Notes: generated by a model not told the origin, from the sequence alone. DNA of 61,085 bases from Microcystaceae cyanobacterium (GCA_041746575.1 JBGTGT010000129.1:1-61085); one strand, 5' to 3'; shown: positions 18,759-29,470, counted from the stretch's first letter. Translations and numbers: made by a program.

Positions 18759-20402
18759 ATGCTTTATGATATTTCTGATTTTATCAAAAACGAGGATCAT
18801 TTATTATCCCTTCCGGCTACTTATTGGTATGAAGGAATTGATCCCAAAACAGGTCAAATTCTGAAGCTTCCTCGCACCCCTTTAGTCGAAGCGATCGCTC
18901 GCCAACTAATGCAGCAATTAAATCCTCACGATCAAGGTAAAATGTATGGCGTTTTATTAGTTAAAACTGCCTCAGATTCCTTAAAAGTACTGAAGGCATT
19001 TTCGGGATTTTTAAACCGCCATGTTGAAGAAAAGGGATGGGCATCTTCTATCTCAGGGCGGGAAAGTATTCTCTTAGAAGAAAAGCGAATTGTGATCCTT
19101 TTAGATGAACTAAAAGCGAAAATAAAACGCCTACAATCTATTAAAGAAAGACAAGAATTAATCCATTTAGAACACCAATTTTTCTTAGCATTAGAACAAT
19201 TAAAAGATCAACAAAAGCAGTCCAAAAAAATTCGACAAGAAAAACGACTTTATTATTCAGAAACGCTTGCAGATTTAGCCTTAAAGAAAGCCCTTGATCA
19301 ATTAAATAATCAAAGCTACACAGAGAGCAAAAGATTAAAAAAATTTAAAGAGCAGTGGTCAGAAAAATTAAGACCATTACAAGATAAAGTCCTAGAAGCT
19401 GAGCAATCAATTCAACACATTAAACAACGGAGAAAAGCTCTTTCTCGACAATTACAAACTCAAATGTTTCATGCCTATTCTGTTACTAACTTTGGTGGAG
19501 ATTCCCGTACCTTAAATACCTTTATGGATAGTATTTTTTTGCCCACAGGAACAGGAGAATGTTGTGCGCCAAAACTGCTTCACTATGCCGCCACCCATCA
19601 GTTAATTCCCTTAGCAATGGCCGAATTTTGGTGGGGTAAGGGTAATAAAGATAAAGTCAATGGTCAATTTTATCAAGCGTGTGAAGAGCGTTGTCAACCG
19701 TTGATGGGATTTTTATTGTCGGGATTAAATACGGCTGAACAGGAATCGAGTCAAGTTGATTGGGATATTTCACTTGATATTTTATGGGAAGATCAATCCT
19801 TAATTATTATTAATAAGCCTGAAGGATTGCTATCGGTTCCGGGGCGATATTTTGATAAACAAGATAGTGTATTAAGTCGTTTACGTCATCAATATAAAGA
19901 TGGTCAAGAATTGCGAGCCGTTCACCGTTTAGATGAAGAGACATCGGGGATTTTAATAATTGCGAGAAAAGGAGAGATTCAAGCTGATCTGAGTCAACAA
20001 TTTAGACAGCGAAAAATCCATAAAATTTATGAAGCGATTCTAGCGGGAAATTTATGCCTTGATCAAGGAATCATTAAATTACCTTTATGGGGAAATCCTC
20101 ATCAACGTCCCTATCAAGAAGTTAACTGGGAAAAAGGGAAAGGAAAGCCGAGCGTAACCCGTTTTAAAGTCTTAAAAAGAGAGCCTAATCAAACTCGCAT
20201 AGAATTCAATCCTTTAACAGGAAGAACTCATCAACTCAGGGTTCATTCTGCCGATGCTCAAGGGTTAGGTATTCCCATTTTAGGCGATCGCTTGTATGGT
20301 TCTTCTGCTTACCCTCGTCTTTGTTTACACGCAAGGGAATTAAGCTTTATTCATCCGACAACTCATCAGAAAATAACGTTACAATGTAAGACGCCCTTTT
20401 AA
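18759..20402 (+). CDS. RluA-family pseudouridine synthase, long form with N-terminal extra domain
   Basis: NKP.GLLSVPG, VHRLD..TSG, TGRTHQLRVH, PILGD.LYG, LHA. Confidence 0.93.
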   Translation: MLYDISDFIKNEDHLLSLPATYWYEGIDPKTGQILKLPRTPLVEAIARQLMQQLNPHDQGKMYGVLLVKTASDSLKVLKAFSGFLNRHVEEKGWASSISGRESILLEEKRIVILLDELKAKIKRLQSIKERQELIHLEHQFFLALEQLKDQQKQSKKIRQEKRLYYSETLADLALKKALDQLNNQSYTESKRLKKFKEQWSEKLRPLQDKVLEAEQSIQHIKQRRKALSRQLQTQMFHAYSVTNFGGDSRTLNTFMDSIFLPTGTGECCAPKLLHYAATHQLIPLAMAEFWWGKGNKDKVNGQFYQACEERCQPLMGFLLSGLNTAEQESSQVDWDISLDILWEDQSLIIINKPEGLLSVPGRYFDKQDSVLSRLRHQYKDGQELRAVHRLDEETSGILIIARKGEIQADLSQQFRQRKIHKIYEAILAGNLCLDQGIIKLPLWGNPHQRPYQEVNWEKGKGKPSVTRFKVLKREPNQTRIEFNPLTGRTHQLRVHSADAQGLGIPILGDRLYGSSAYPRLCLHARELSFIHPTTHQKITLQCKTPF

Positions 20403-20422
20403 GCGTAAATTGATAATCCTAG

Positions 20423-21211
20423 ATGAAATGGCTTTGGCGTAAAATTATCATTTTCTTATCCGTTTATTATGCCCATATGCTAGAATATCGGGCAGAGATT
20501 TTTTTATGGGTATTAGCGGGGTCACTACCAATTATCCTAATGGGCGTTTGGATCAAAGCCGCTCAAAGTGGAGATTTCAGCCTAACTTCTGTGGATTTTG
20601 CTCGTTACTTTTTTTGTGTCTTTCAAGTTAGACAATTTACGAATATTTGGGTGATTTGGGATTTTGAAAAAGACGTAGTAGAAGGAAGGCTTTCTTTTAA
20701 ATTGTTGCAACCCCTCGATCCTGCTTGGCATCATATCGCCCGACATATTTCTGAAAAGTTTACTCGTTTTCCTCTAGCCGCGTTACTAACATTGCTCTTT
20801 TTTGCCTTGTATCCTCAAGCTTTTTGGATACCCAATTCACGTCAAATTCTTTTAGGAATTATTTCTATTATCACGGGATTTACCCTCAGATTTTTGATTC
20901 AATATACTTTTTCCATGTTTGCTTTTTGGACAGAACGTGCCAGTGCAATTCAACAATTATGGTTTTTATTTTATATCTTTTTATCAGGAGTGGTTGCCCC
21001 TTTAGATACTTTTCCTGACGGTTTACGAATGATTGTACAATGGACACCTTTTCCCTATATGGTGTATTTTCCGGCTAGTATTTGGATGGGATTGCCTGTT
21101 GACATTTTACACGGATTTTTAATAATCTTGGGCTGGTGTTTCATCTTTTGGGTTTTAAATCGTTGGCTATGGCGTAAAGGATTAAAACAGTATTCGGGCA
21201 TGGGAGCCTAA
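20423..21211 (+). CDS. ABC-2 family transporter permease
   Basis: EYRAE, G.LS..LL.PL, LSG...PL..FP, PFPY..YFP; no ATPase adjacent. Confidence 0.88.
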   Translation: MKWLWRKIIIFLSVYYAHMLEYRAEIFLWVLAGSLPIILMGVWIKAAQSGDFSLTSVDFARYFFCVFQVRQFTNIWVIWDFEKDVVEGRLSFKLLQPLDPAWHHIARHISEKFTRFPLAALLTLLFFALYPQAFWIPNSRQILLGIISIITGFTLRFLIQYTFSMFAFWTERASAIQQLWFLFYIFLSGVVAPLDTFPDGLRMIVQWTPFPYMVYFPASIWMGLPVDILHGFLIILGWCFIFWVLNRWLWRKGLKQYSGMGA

Positions 21212-21212
21212 T

Positions 21213-22148
21213 TTACGGTTCATTATTTAGCTTCAGATAGGGTTTAATTTGCTCAACCAGTTCATCTGCTCGTCTTACCCTTGCTTCAGGTTGTAGGTGG
21301 TACTGCGTATCGGCAAACCAGTCAGAATTTGTTTTGATATTAAGAGATTGAGAATCATAAAGGGTAGGGGCAATTTTACTGAGTTCTTCCCCTGTTTTTC
21401 GGGCATTTTCTCTGGTTTTTTGATCAGTACTGCCATAAATCCAAGGTAGGGCAATGATAAGAGTGGCATTTTTTGCCGCTAAATCTTGGCGAAATTGCCG
21501 GATAGCTTCGATAGAATGGGGAGTAACAGGGGTTTTTAGCTTTAATGACCACCATTTACTATTTCTTTCCCATGTTTTCGTTGGATCACCCCAATCGGTA
21601 ATGGGATCGCTATAGTAGTTATCAATATGACCTTTTGCGATCACATCCACGCTTGTTTTCACGAGAGAGCGTAAACTAGAAATTCCCAGAGAAAATGTAT
21701 CTTGAGCATATTGTTTGGGGGGAATATTGCCAATTCCGGTTTGTTGGGTTGCCACTTCAAAAAAAACCGAACGTTCCCCAATCCCGTCTTCATCGAGTAA
21801 CATTAAATATTCTGGAATTAATAACACAATATCTCCTGAGCGAATTTGAGGCAAAATAGTCGGAAAAATAACGTTAAATCCTAAGTTTCCATCCAAACCA
21901 AAATTAAAAACAGGAATATTTAATTTTTCTTCCAATAACTGACTATTGACAGAATAGTGCGCCCCCGAACCCCCGACAAGGATGATGCGGCGTTCTTGTT
22001 GTTTTTGTGCCGCTAGAACGGTTTTTTTGGCATACATTCCCCTAAGTAAGCCAATTTTACCGTCTATATTCGTATTATAGATAAATCCTATGCCCCAAGC
22101 TATTCCTGCACCCATTAGCCAAGGTAATAATTTTACAAGCCTAGTCAT
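21213..22148 (-). CDS. Membrane-anchored SGNH/DltD-like protein
   Basis: N-terminal TM; IILVGGS, NFG, C-terminal DTQYHL (D-x-x-x-H-like). Confidence 0.6.
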   Translation of the reverse strand: MTRLVKLLPWLMGAGIAWGIGFIYNTNIDGKIGLLRGMYAKKTVLAAQKQQERRIILVGGSGAHYSVNSQLLEEKLNIPVFNFGLDGNLGFNVIFPTILPQIRSGDIVLLIPEYLMLLDEDGIGERSVFFEVATQQTGIGNIPPKQYAQDTFSLGISSLRSLVKTSVDVIAKGHIDNYYSDPITDWGDPTKTWERNSKWWSLKLKTPVTPHSIEAIRQFRQDLAAKNATLIIALPWIYGSTDQKTRENARKTGEELSKIAPTLYDSQSLNIKTNSDWFADTQYHLQPEARVRRADELVEQIKPYLKLNNEP

Positions 22149-22388
22149 TTTCTAATTTAACCCCAGTTGAGCGATCATCTTTTTTTCCTAGTCTAGACGA
22201 AGCCTAGGCTTTTGCCAAACGTTTAAGGTCGCGTGTTTATTCGATCAAGGCTTAATCAATTGAATCGCTCAAATTAAACCCTCGCGAGGATTTTCATTCT
22301 TCCTCTGACCGACCTTTTACGATAACCGGCCAAGTCGTGCTAAATTAATCCTAAATTGCTATTCCCACGCCATTCGGGCTACTATGCT

Positions 22389-23390
22389 ATGACAAAAGGA
22401 ATTTTTACCCTTGCCAATGATGTTGTTTATGATCAACTGGTTGCCCTACTCAATAGTATTGAAGTCAATGTGGGAAAAGATATTTCCGTTTGTATTATTC
22501 CCTATGATAACCGTCTCGAAAAAGTTAAAGCAGAAATCTCGACACGAAATAATGTTTACTTGTTAGACAATGCTGAAATGATCGAGCGGTGGGAACAATT
22601 TGCCTCCGATATCTGGCACAATAATTCGAGCGCGAAAAAGCGATGGGAAAGCCAAGGAATTACCGGAATCTATCGTTTAGGAATGCATCGACGATTTTGT
22701 GGATTTGACGAACAAAGTCCCTTTGATCAATTTGTTTACTTCGATGGGGATGTCTTAGTTTTAAAGCCTCTAGATGATATTTTTGGAAAGTTGGATAATT
22801 ATGACTTTGTTGTCTATGATTTTCAGTACAAAGACCTTAGTCATGTTTATAATACAACCGCTCAGGAATTGCCTCATATTTTTCCCAAAGAAAGAACTGA
22901 TAAAGAGATTTTTTGCGCAGGTTTCTTTGGTTCAAAAAAAGGACTGTTTCCCCTCGATAAAAAGCGGTGGATTATGGAACAATTAACATCAGGAGAAGGA
23001 GAAATTCTCTATCCGAATGCCCCAGATCAAACCATTCTTAACTATATGGTCATGCGTAGCGGGCTTTCCTTTTATAATTTCGCTCTTAATTTACCTACTG
23101 AAGAAAAAACAGGAAATTCAGTAACCTCGCCTCACTTTGAGCAAAGAAATTACCTGCTCTATGATAACGGTAAGCCTCTCACTTATCTACACTATATTGG
23201 TGTTCCTAGTTCTGCCTTTACCAGACTGTGTGCAGGCGAAAATTTAGACCTTCCTTATCGAGATATTTTTCTTTATTATCGCTATCTTCACGAACCTGAA
23301 AAAATGCCTCGTTTTATGAGAAAACCAACGTCTTATAATCCACCACCCAGTTTTACGGAACGTATTCTCAAAAAGTTAAACTTAAGATGA
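22389..23390 (+). CDS. GT8-like putative glycosyltransferase
   Basis: ALLNSI, IIPYD, YFDGD (DxD), AGFF.SKK, DQ.ILNY, LHY.G; ATG at 22389. Confidence 0.75.
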   Translation: MTKGIFTLANDVVYDQLVALLNSIEVNVGKDISVCIIPYDNRLEKVKAEISTRNNVYLLDNAEMIERWEQFASDIWHNNSSAKKRWESQGITGIYRLGMHRRFCGFDEQSPFDQFVYFDGDVLVLKPLDDIFGKLDNYDFVVYDFQYKDLSHVYNTTAQELPHIFPKERTDKEIFCAGFFGSKKGLFPLDKKRWIMEQLTSGEGEILYPNAPDQTILNYMVMRSGLSFYNFALNLPTEEKTGNSVTSPHFEQRNYLLYDNGKPLTYLHYIGVPSSAFTRLCAGENLDLPYRDIFLYYRYLHEPEKMPRFMRKPTSYNPPPSFTERILKKLNLR

Positions 23391-23409
23391 TCTAAAAAAG
23401 GACACAATT

Positions 23410-24333
23410 ATGACCACTCGTGGTATTTATATTACAGCGAATGATAAGGCTTTAGATCAATCGATTGCCCTATTAAATAGTATTCGCACCTATGACTTAG
23501 AAACCCCGATTACTTTAATTCCCTATGATGATAATTACCAAAAAGTCGCTCAACAACTCGGCGCAAAATTTGGAGTAACGCTTTATCCAGACCTAGCATT
23601 TATTGAACGATTGTCTCTCAATCTTTACAATATTTTTGGACAAGACTTTTTTGCTCGTCCTAATCAATTTCGTAAACAAGCGTGTTGGTTTGGCGAGTTT
23701 GATCAATTTCTTTATATTGATACCGATATTGTTGTTTTTGAAAAAATTATTGATAATCTTAAGTATTTAGATAAGTACGATTTTCTCTGTTATGATTATC
23801 AGCATAAAGCAGGGATTGCGAACGTTTTCTCAGCTAAAGTTATTACAGAAAATATTTTCAGTAAAGAAGAATTGAGAGGAATGTTTAATGGCGGTTTTTG
23901 GGCATCTAAAAAGAATTTACTGTCTGAACTAGAAATCTATGATTCCTTTAAAGAATGTGCTGAGCATACTGATTACTTTGATTTCACGCAAAAAACCTCA
24001 GATCAACCTATTATTAATTATATGATCTTAAAGAAAATTCCTCGACGATTTAATATCGCTCATTCTGCTGCAAATGTCCCCGGAAACTGGGGAAAAAGTC
24101 CTCATTTTAAACGGCAAAATGATATTTTGATCGATACCAATAACAACAATCAACCCCTCAAATATATACACTGGGCAGGGATTCGAATTGAACCCGGTTG
24201 TCCTTATTGGGATATTTGGAAACATTATCGTTACTTAGGAGAAACGCCTCCTTCGGATGCAGAAATCCTTGCTCAAAAACCTAAACCAAAATTCTCTTTT
24301 TTCCAAAAAATTAAAAAAATAATTCAATTCTGA
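23410..24333 (+). CDS. GT8-like putative glycosyltransferase, paralog of upstream gene
   Basis: ALLNSI, LIPYDD, YIDTD, FNGGFWASKK, DQPIINY, IHWAG. Confidence 0.75.
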   Translation: MTTRGIYITANDKALDQSIALLNSIRTYDLETPITLIPYDDNYQKVAQQLGAKFGVTLYPDLAFIERLSLNLYNIFGQDFFARPNQFRKQACWFGEFDQFLYIDTDIVVFEKIIDNLKYLDKYDFLCYDYQHKAGIANVFSAKVITENIFSKEELRGMFNGGFWASKKNLLSELEIYDSFKECAEHTDYFDFTQKTSDQPIINYMILKKIPRRFNIAHSAANVPGNWGKSPHFKRQNDILIDTNNNNQPLKYIHWAGIRIEPGCPYWDIWKHYRYLGETPPSDAEILAQKPKPKFSFFQKIKKIIQF

Positions 24334-24437
24334 TTCTTTTTCATTTTAAAAAAGAAACTCTCAAAAACTTGTTTTGTTAAAATTGAATACCCTCTCATTT
24401 TTTTTCATCAAAGTATTCGGATTTAACCCAATGTCTC

Positions 24438-25406
24438 ATGAATAAATCATCACTTTCTGATATTTCTTTTAGTCCAACGGTTTCGGTTATTATTCCTATC
24501 TATAACGGAGAAAAAGATATTCCCGATTTAATCGCTTGTCTGCGATCGCAAACCTATAATAAAACATTAGTTGAATATCTTTTAGTAGATAATAATAGTC
24601 AAGATCAAACCTTTTCTTTACTGCAAAAAGTACAAAAAGACTTAGCACAAGAAAAGATAAATCTCAAAATCTTGCAAGAAAATAAAATTCAAAGTTCCTA
24701 TGCTGCTAGAAATTGGGGAATTCGTCAAGCAAAGGGTGAAATTTTGCTCTTCACCGATGCTGATTGTCGTCCTTTACCGAATTGGGTGAGCGAGTTTGTC
24801 CCTCCTTTTCAAAATCCCGACATTGGTATTGTTGTGGGGGAATTAGAAGCATTAGAGGGTAATAGTTTATTAGAGCGTTATGCAGAAAGATGCGGCATGA
24901 TGTCTCAAACGTTTTTGATTGAACATCCCTTTTGTCCTTATGGTCAAACAGCAAATTTAGCGATTAGAAAAGCTGTTTTTCTTCAGTCTGGACTTTTTCG
25001 ACCTTACTTAACAACGGGGGGAGATGCGGATATTTGTTGGCGAATTCAAAAAGAAACCCCTTGGCAATTAACCAGCGCACCGAAAGCGATTATTCGTCAT
25101 CGTCATCGGTCTAATTTAAAAGATTTTCGCAGTCAATGGCAACGCTATGGGACATCGAATCAATATCTTCATGAATTGTACGGGGTAGATTTGATGCGCA
25201 ACTGTACACCAAAAGAAGTTGTCTATCGCCTGAGTAGATGGATTTTGAAAGAATTACCGAAAAATAGCGTTAAATTACTGCTAGGCCGAGCCAAAACGAT
25301 TGATTTACTTCAATCTCCCTTAGATTTGATTGGTTTTCAAGCTAGAAGTCAAGGACAAAAAACCGCACAATTACCTGAAGACGCTAAAACCATTGAGTGG
25401 TTATAA
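24438..25406 (+). CDS. Family 2 glycosyltransferase
   Basis: SVIIPIYN, VDNNS.D, ARN.G, FTDADC. Confidence 0.92.
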   Translation: MNKSSLSDISFSPTVSVIIPIYNGEKDIPDLIACLRSQTYNKTLVEYLLVDNNSQDQTFSLLQKVQKDLAQEKINLKILQENKIQSSYAARNWGIRQAKGEILLFTDADCRPLPNWVSEFVPPFQNPDIGIVVGELEALEGNSLLERYAERCGMMSQTFLIEHPFCPYGQTANLAIRKAVFLQSGLFRPYLTTGGDADICWRIQKETPWQLTSAPKAIIRHRHRSNLKDFRSQWQRYGTSNQYLHELYGVDLMRNCTPKEVVYRLSRWILKELPKNSVKLLLGRAKTIDLLQSPLDLIGFQARSQGQKTAQLPEDAKTIEWL

Positions 25407-25436
25407 ACGCTGAATAATAATTGTAAACGTTAGGTT

Positions 25437-26039
25437 TTAGGTTTGATTAAGGGTTTTAAATTGGTAGAATTGATGGGCAGTTAATCCCAAAGAATAAAGC
25501 ACAATTGCATTACTCGACATCCCTATCACTGCTCCTAAACCGGGTACAATATCAAAAAAGTTGAGGCCACTTCTGAGTCCTCCGCTTCCCAAAGATAGAC
25601 CGAAAATGGCGAGGGCTTCCCCACGACGACTGGGATGTTGTAAGTCGAAATTATGAACAGCAGCGATTTGATAGACCATTTCTGCTTGTAACCTCGTCAT
25701 TCCTGAAAATTCTATGCCAAAAAGAGCAAGGGCGAAAGGCGGAATGAGATTAGTAAAGAAGCCCAACTTAGCGGCATCTAAACTCTTTTGTTGGATGATT
25801 CTTTGAACCAGTTGCTGAGGGGTTTCGTGAGGATATTGACTTTTTAATTCATTGACACTGTTGTGAACAGCTTCCTTATCAACTTCCCCAATAATAGCGG
25901 CTAACCAGCGAAAACCGAAGACTTTATGAATATTTTTCACAAAGGGATTTTCTGCAAAGCTTTCTAGAGATTTACCGGTATGGGTGGTGAATTCTTCAAT
26001 AAAATTGTGCAGCTCGGGATTAATAAAAGGATTATCCAT
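25437..26039 (-). CDS. EcsC/DUF697-like protein
   Basis: LQAEMVYQIAA, VPGLGAVIG...NA..LY.LG. Confidence 0.65.
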   Translation of the reverse strand: MDNPFINPELHNFIEEFTTHTGKSLESFAENPFVKNIHKVFGFRWLAAIIGEVDKEAVHNSVNELKSQYPHETPQQLVQRIIQQKSLDAAKLGFFTNLIPPFALALFGIEFSGMTRLQAEMVYQIAAVHNFDLQHPSRRGEALAIFGLSLGSGGLRSGLNFFDIVPGLGAVIGMSSNAIVLYSLGLTAHQFYQFKTLNQT

Positions 26040-26327
26040 CGTTAGTGATCCAATAGTAGCTAAAACTAAACGTCAATTGACGTTGATTAAAGTATGACAA
26101 AATACCGCATAAGAACACTAGGCGAGTTAACCGTCTATTCTTGTTCGGTTGCTTTTGAATGTTAACTTGAATAAATAACGTTGCTTAAGCAATCTTCTTT
26201 CTAACGGTACATAATAGATCATAAACAGAAACGTTTCAGGAAAAGTCTCTACCTCAAGACTTAATTGTTAGAGATACAAGCATAATTATATCTCCAACCT
26301 GATCAATTCTTGGGTATTGGTTTAGAA

Positions 26328-27401
26328 TTAACCGAATCCTTTTCCGCGTTTATCGGAAGCCATCGCAAAGCAATTCTCAATTTGTTGTTTGAGAGTATCG
26401 TGATCTAAATTTTGACCAATTAAAACTAATTGATTTTTGCGATCGCTTTCATCTTTCCATTCATCATCTTCAAGCGTAAACCGTTTACCACTGAGGTGAA
26501 AAATGTGACGTTTGGGACTCTCTGTAAACCATAAAATTCCTTTGGCACGAAAGACATTTTCAGATAATTGATTATCTAAGAAATATTGAAACTTCCGAAT
26601 CGAAAAAGGTTTATCGCTGGCAATAGATAGGGAGGTAAAGCCATCATTTTCGAGGTGATCTGAATGGTGGTGATGTTCGTGTTCGTGATCATGATGATGG
26701 TGATGTTCGTGTTCATCATGATTATGGCTTTCTGGCTCAAAGTATTGACCCGATTCAAAGAGTCCAACACTGAGAATTAAAGGAAGGGAAACTTGACTTT
26801 TTGTTGTGCGTAAAATGCGCGCCGATTCTTTAATATCTCTGATCCGAATTTCTAAGGCGTCCACGTCCGCTTCATCTACCAGATCAGTCTTATTCAGAAC
26901 AATGATATCACCGTAAGCGATTTGACTGTAAGCCGCTTCAGAATTAAATAAGTCGAGGCTAAAATTGGCACAATCTACCATGGTAATAATTGAGTCGAGG
27001 CGAGTCATATCTCTTAATTCTGTTCCCAGAAAGGTCAAGGCAACGGGCAAAGGATCAGCAAGTCCGGTGGTTTCTACCACTAAGTAATCCACTTTTTCGG
27101 AATGTTCTAAAACTTTATAAACTGCTTGAACTAAATCTTCGTTAATGGTGCAACAAATACAACCATTACTGAGTTCAACCATATTGTCATCGGTGGCGAT
27201 AATCAGTTCGTTGTCAATGCCAATTTCTCCAAATTCATTTACCAGAACTGCCGTTCTAACCCCTTGTTGATTGCTTAAAATATAGTTGAGAAGGGTCGTT
27301 TTTCCACTTCCTAAAAAGCCTGTAATAATGGTTACGGGAAGTCCCTGTTTTGGGGCATCCAGTTGTGTCGAAGGGTGAGTCTGATGGTCAACGGTTTGCA
27401 T
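26328..27401 (-). CDS. COG0523/CobW family G3E GTPase (metallochaperone)
   Basis: GFLGSGKTT, VNEFGEIGID, GCICC, ETTGLADP, NKTD, His-rich insert, R.KG. Confidence 0.94.
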   Translation of the reverse strand: MQTVDHQTHPSTQLDAPKQGLPVTIITGFLGSGKTTLLNYILSNQQGVRTAVLVNEFGEIGIDNELIIATDDNMVELSNGCICCTINEDLVQAVYKVLEHSEKVDYLVVETTGLADPLPVALTFLGTELRDMTRLDSIITMVDCANFSLDLFNSEAAYSQIAYGDIIVLNKTDLVDEADVDALEIRIRDIKESARILRTTKSQVSLPLILSVGLFESGQYFEPESHNHDEHEHHHHHDHEHEHHHHSDHLENDGFTSLSIASDKPFSIRKFQYFLDNQLSENVFRAKGILWFTESPKRHIFHLSGKRFTLEDDEWKDESDRKNQLVLIGQNLDHDTLKQQIENCFAMASDKRGKGFG

Positions 27402-27575
27402 AGCTAATTTACGGTTACTGCAATAGACGTTACTTAATTGTCCAAAAATCCTTAGATTGGCGGACAGTCATTCTTTTATTATGACGTGTTTAACCCCATG
27501 TGATCCATTCACTTGGGATAATTAAGGTCAAAAGTTAAGCTAGCGGCTGAAAGAGCAAAAAGAGCTTAATCCATT

Positions 27576-29291
27576 TTAAGATTCAGGCTGAATCACTTGC
27601 AAAGTTCGTAGACGGTTTAAGGCGGCGGCTAGTTCAAAAATCCGAAATTCTGCTAAATCGCCTTGAGGGTATTCTGTTAAGATATCTAACCCATGTTGGT
27701 CAATATCAGCAATCACTTGACTTAAAATTGCGTAAACATCTTGTTTTTGCTCTAAATAGCGTTCTTTTGCATAGACAAGGGCTAAAGCGATCGCCCTGAG
27801 TTGACTGGTATCGACAATTTGTTCAACACCACTCAAATCAATATCCTCCATGCCAAAAGCCACTTTATCGACATCCCGTACTTTGAGTTTAATGGCGTGT
27901 TGACCTCGACGGGGATTAATGGTTTCTTTAAGGGGAATACGGAGGGCAATTTGACCAAAAAACTCGCCTCCTTCTGCCATTCTTTGATTGAAATAATTTT
28001 TGGCAACCTCTTTCGCTTTTTGAGTTAAGTCAATCGGTTGAAAGCTATCCATGCCAATGACGGTATCCGCCACTTCAAAGTAATCCCCACTGCCTCCCAT
28101 CACTAACACAGAAGAAACAGCATAATCTTGATAAAGTTGACGAATTTTATCGATAAAAGGCGTAATCGGTTCTTTTTCTTTAGCGATTAATTTCTGCATC
28201 CGTTGATCGCGAATCATGAAGTTTGTAGCGGCGGTATCTTCATCAATTAAGAAAACTTGAGCTTGCATTTCTAACGCTTCGATGATGTTAGCGGCTTGAG
28301 AGGTACTCCCACTGGCGTTAGGCGTGCTAAAAGAACGAGTGGAACGTCCTTGAGGTAAGTGGTTAATAAACGGGGAAATATCAACACCTACGATACTGCG
28401 TCCATCTTCTGACCTAATTTTGACCGTAGATTTCCGACTAACGACAAATTCCCGTCCATCCTCTGGAATATGGTTATAAATTCCTTTTTGAATGGCTTGT
28501 AATAGAGTGGATTTACCATGATACCCTCCCCCAACAATAAGGGTGATTCCTTCGGGAATTCTCATACCTTTAATTTCAGCAAAATTAGGACGATTAAAGC
28601 TGATTTCTAAAGTAGGCGGCGATTTAAAAGGGATAAATTCCGTCAGCAAAGGTCGATCATCTACACCACTACGACGGGGTAAAATTGCACCGTTGGGAAT
28701 AAATGCGACTAATTTATGATTTTTTAATTGATTGCGTAACCAATTGGCGTCTTCAATCGTTTTGACGTGCTTTTCAATATCTGATCCCGACAAAGCAGAA
28801 TATTTTAAGGACTGATTAACGATTTCGGGAATATCTTGCGTGATCATTTCTGCCGCCTGACGTCCTAAAATGATTCTACCTCTAGCAGGAAGTCCTACAG
28901 AAAAACGAACTTCAATAACTTCAGAATTGAGTAAAATGGAGGTTCTTTCTAGCACTTCTTGACCTAATTTAACAATAGTAATTAAGTCACTTTTTCCCAT
29001 TCCTCTATCAGAACGTTTACTTTTAGCGGCTTGATAAAATTGGCGGTTTAGGTAATCTCTTAGGGCAATTTCTCGACTCGGAGATTGATATAAATGAGGA
29101 GGAAATTGAGCAATTTTTTGCGGAATTTTGAGCATAAATTTACTAGGAGGAGCAAAAGGGTCGCCTTGCACATGATCAATCATTAAAGTAAAGTCAGGAA
29201 ATTGATAACTTCCTTCTATCTCTTTGTAGGCTTTGTAATTACGTCCATCGAGTTGTAATAAGGTTTGTTTGAGATTTTGGTGAGAGAGCAT
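27576..29291 (-). CDS. Predicted ABC-class ATPase (ABC_ATPase domain protein)
   Basis: HVQGDPFA, ILPRRSG, GGGYHGKST, EDGR, SGSTSQAANI.EA, LIDEDTAATNFMIRD, ALNRLR. Confidence 0.88.
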   Translation of the reverse strand: MLSHQNLKQTLLQLDGRNYKAYKEIEGSYQFPDFTLMIDHVQGDPFAPPSKFMLKIPQKIAQFPPHLYQSPSREIALRDYLNRQFYQAAKSKRSDRGMGKSDLITIVKLGQEVLERTSILLNSEVIEVRFSVGLPARGRIILGRQAAEMITQDIPEIVNQSLKYSALSGSDIEKHVKTIEDANWLRNQLKNHKLVAFIPNGAILPRRSGVDDRPLLTEFIPFKSPPTLEISFNRPNFAEIKGMRIPEGITLIVGGGYHGKSTLLQAIQKGIYNHIPEDGREFVVSRKSTVKIRSEDGRSIVGVDISPFINHLPQGRSTRSFSTPNASGSTSQAANIIEALEMQAQVFLIDEDTAATNFMIRDQRMQKLIAKEKEPITPFIDKIRQLYQDYAVSSVLVMGGSGDYFEVADTVIGMDSFQPIDLTQKAKEVAKNYFNQRMAEGGEFFGQIALRIPLKETINPRRGQHAIKLKVRDVDKVAFGMEDIDLSGVEQIVDTSQLRAIALALVYAKERYLEQKQDVYAILSQVIADIDQHGLDILTEYPQGDLAEFRIFELAAALNRLRTLQVIQPES

Positions 29292-29470
29292 CGTTAATCA
29301 AAGAATAGTTTTGTTAATTGTTTAGATTGAGATATTATATCTCTTCTCAGTTAAGAAATAAAGTATTATCAATGCCTAGAATCACTTATCATTTAGCTCT
29401 TTATCTTGACAAACTGTTGATTGATTTTGTGTTTTTGATGAGTTGAGTCATTATATTATTCAAAATAAGT

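Noticed and set aside
26069..26084. Perfect 16-bp palindrome AACGTCAATTGACGTT upstream of the EcsC-like gene
   Set aside because: Single occurrence with no matching known operator; cannot be distinguished from chance without comparative data.
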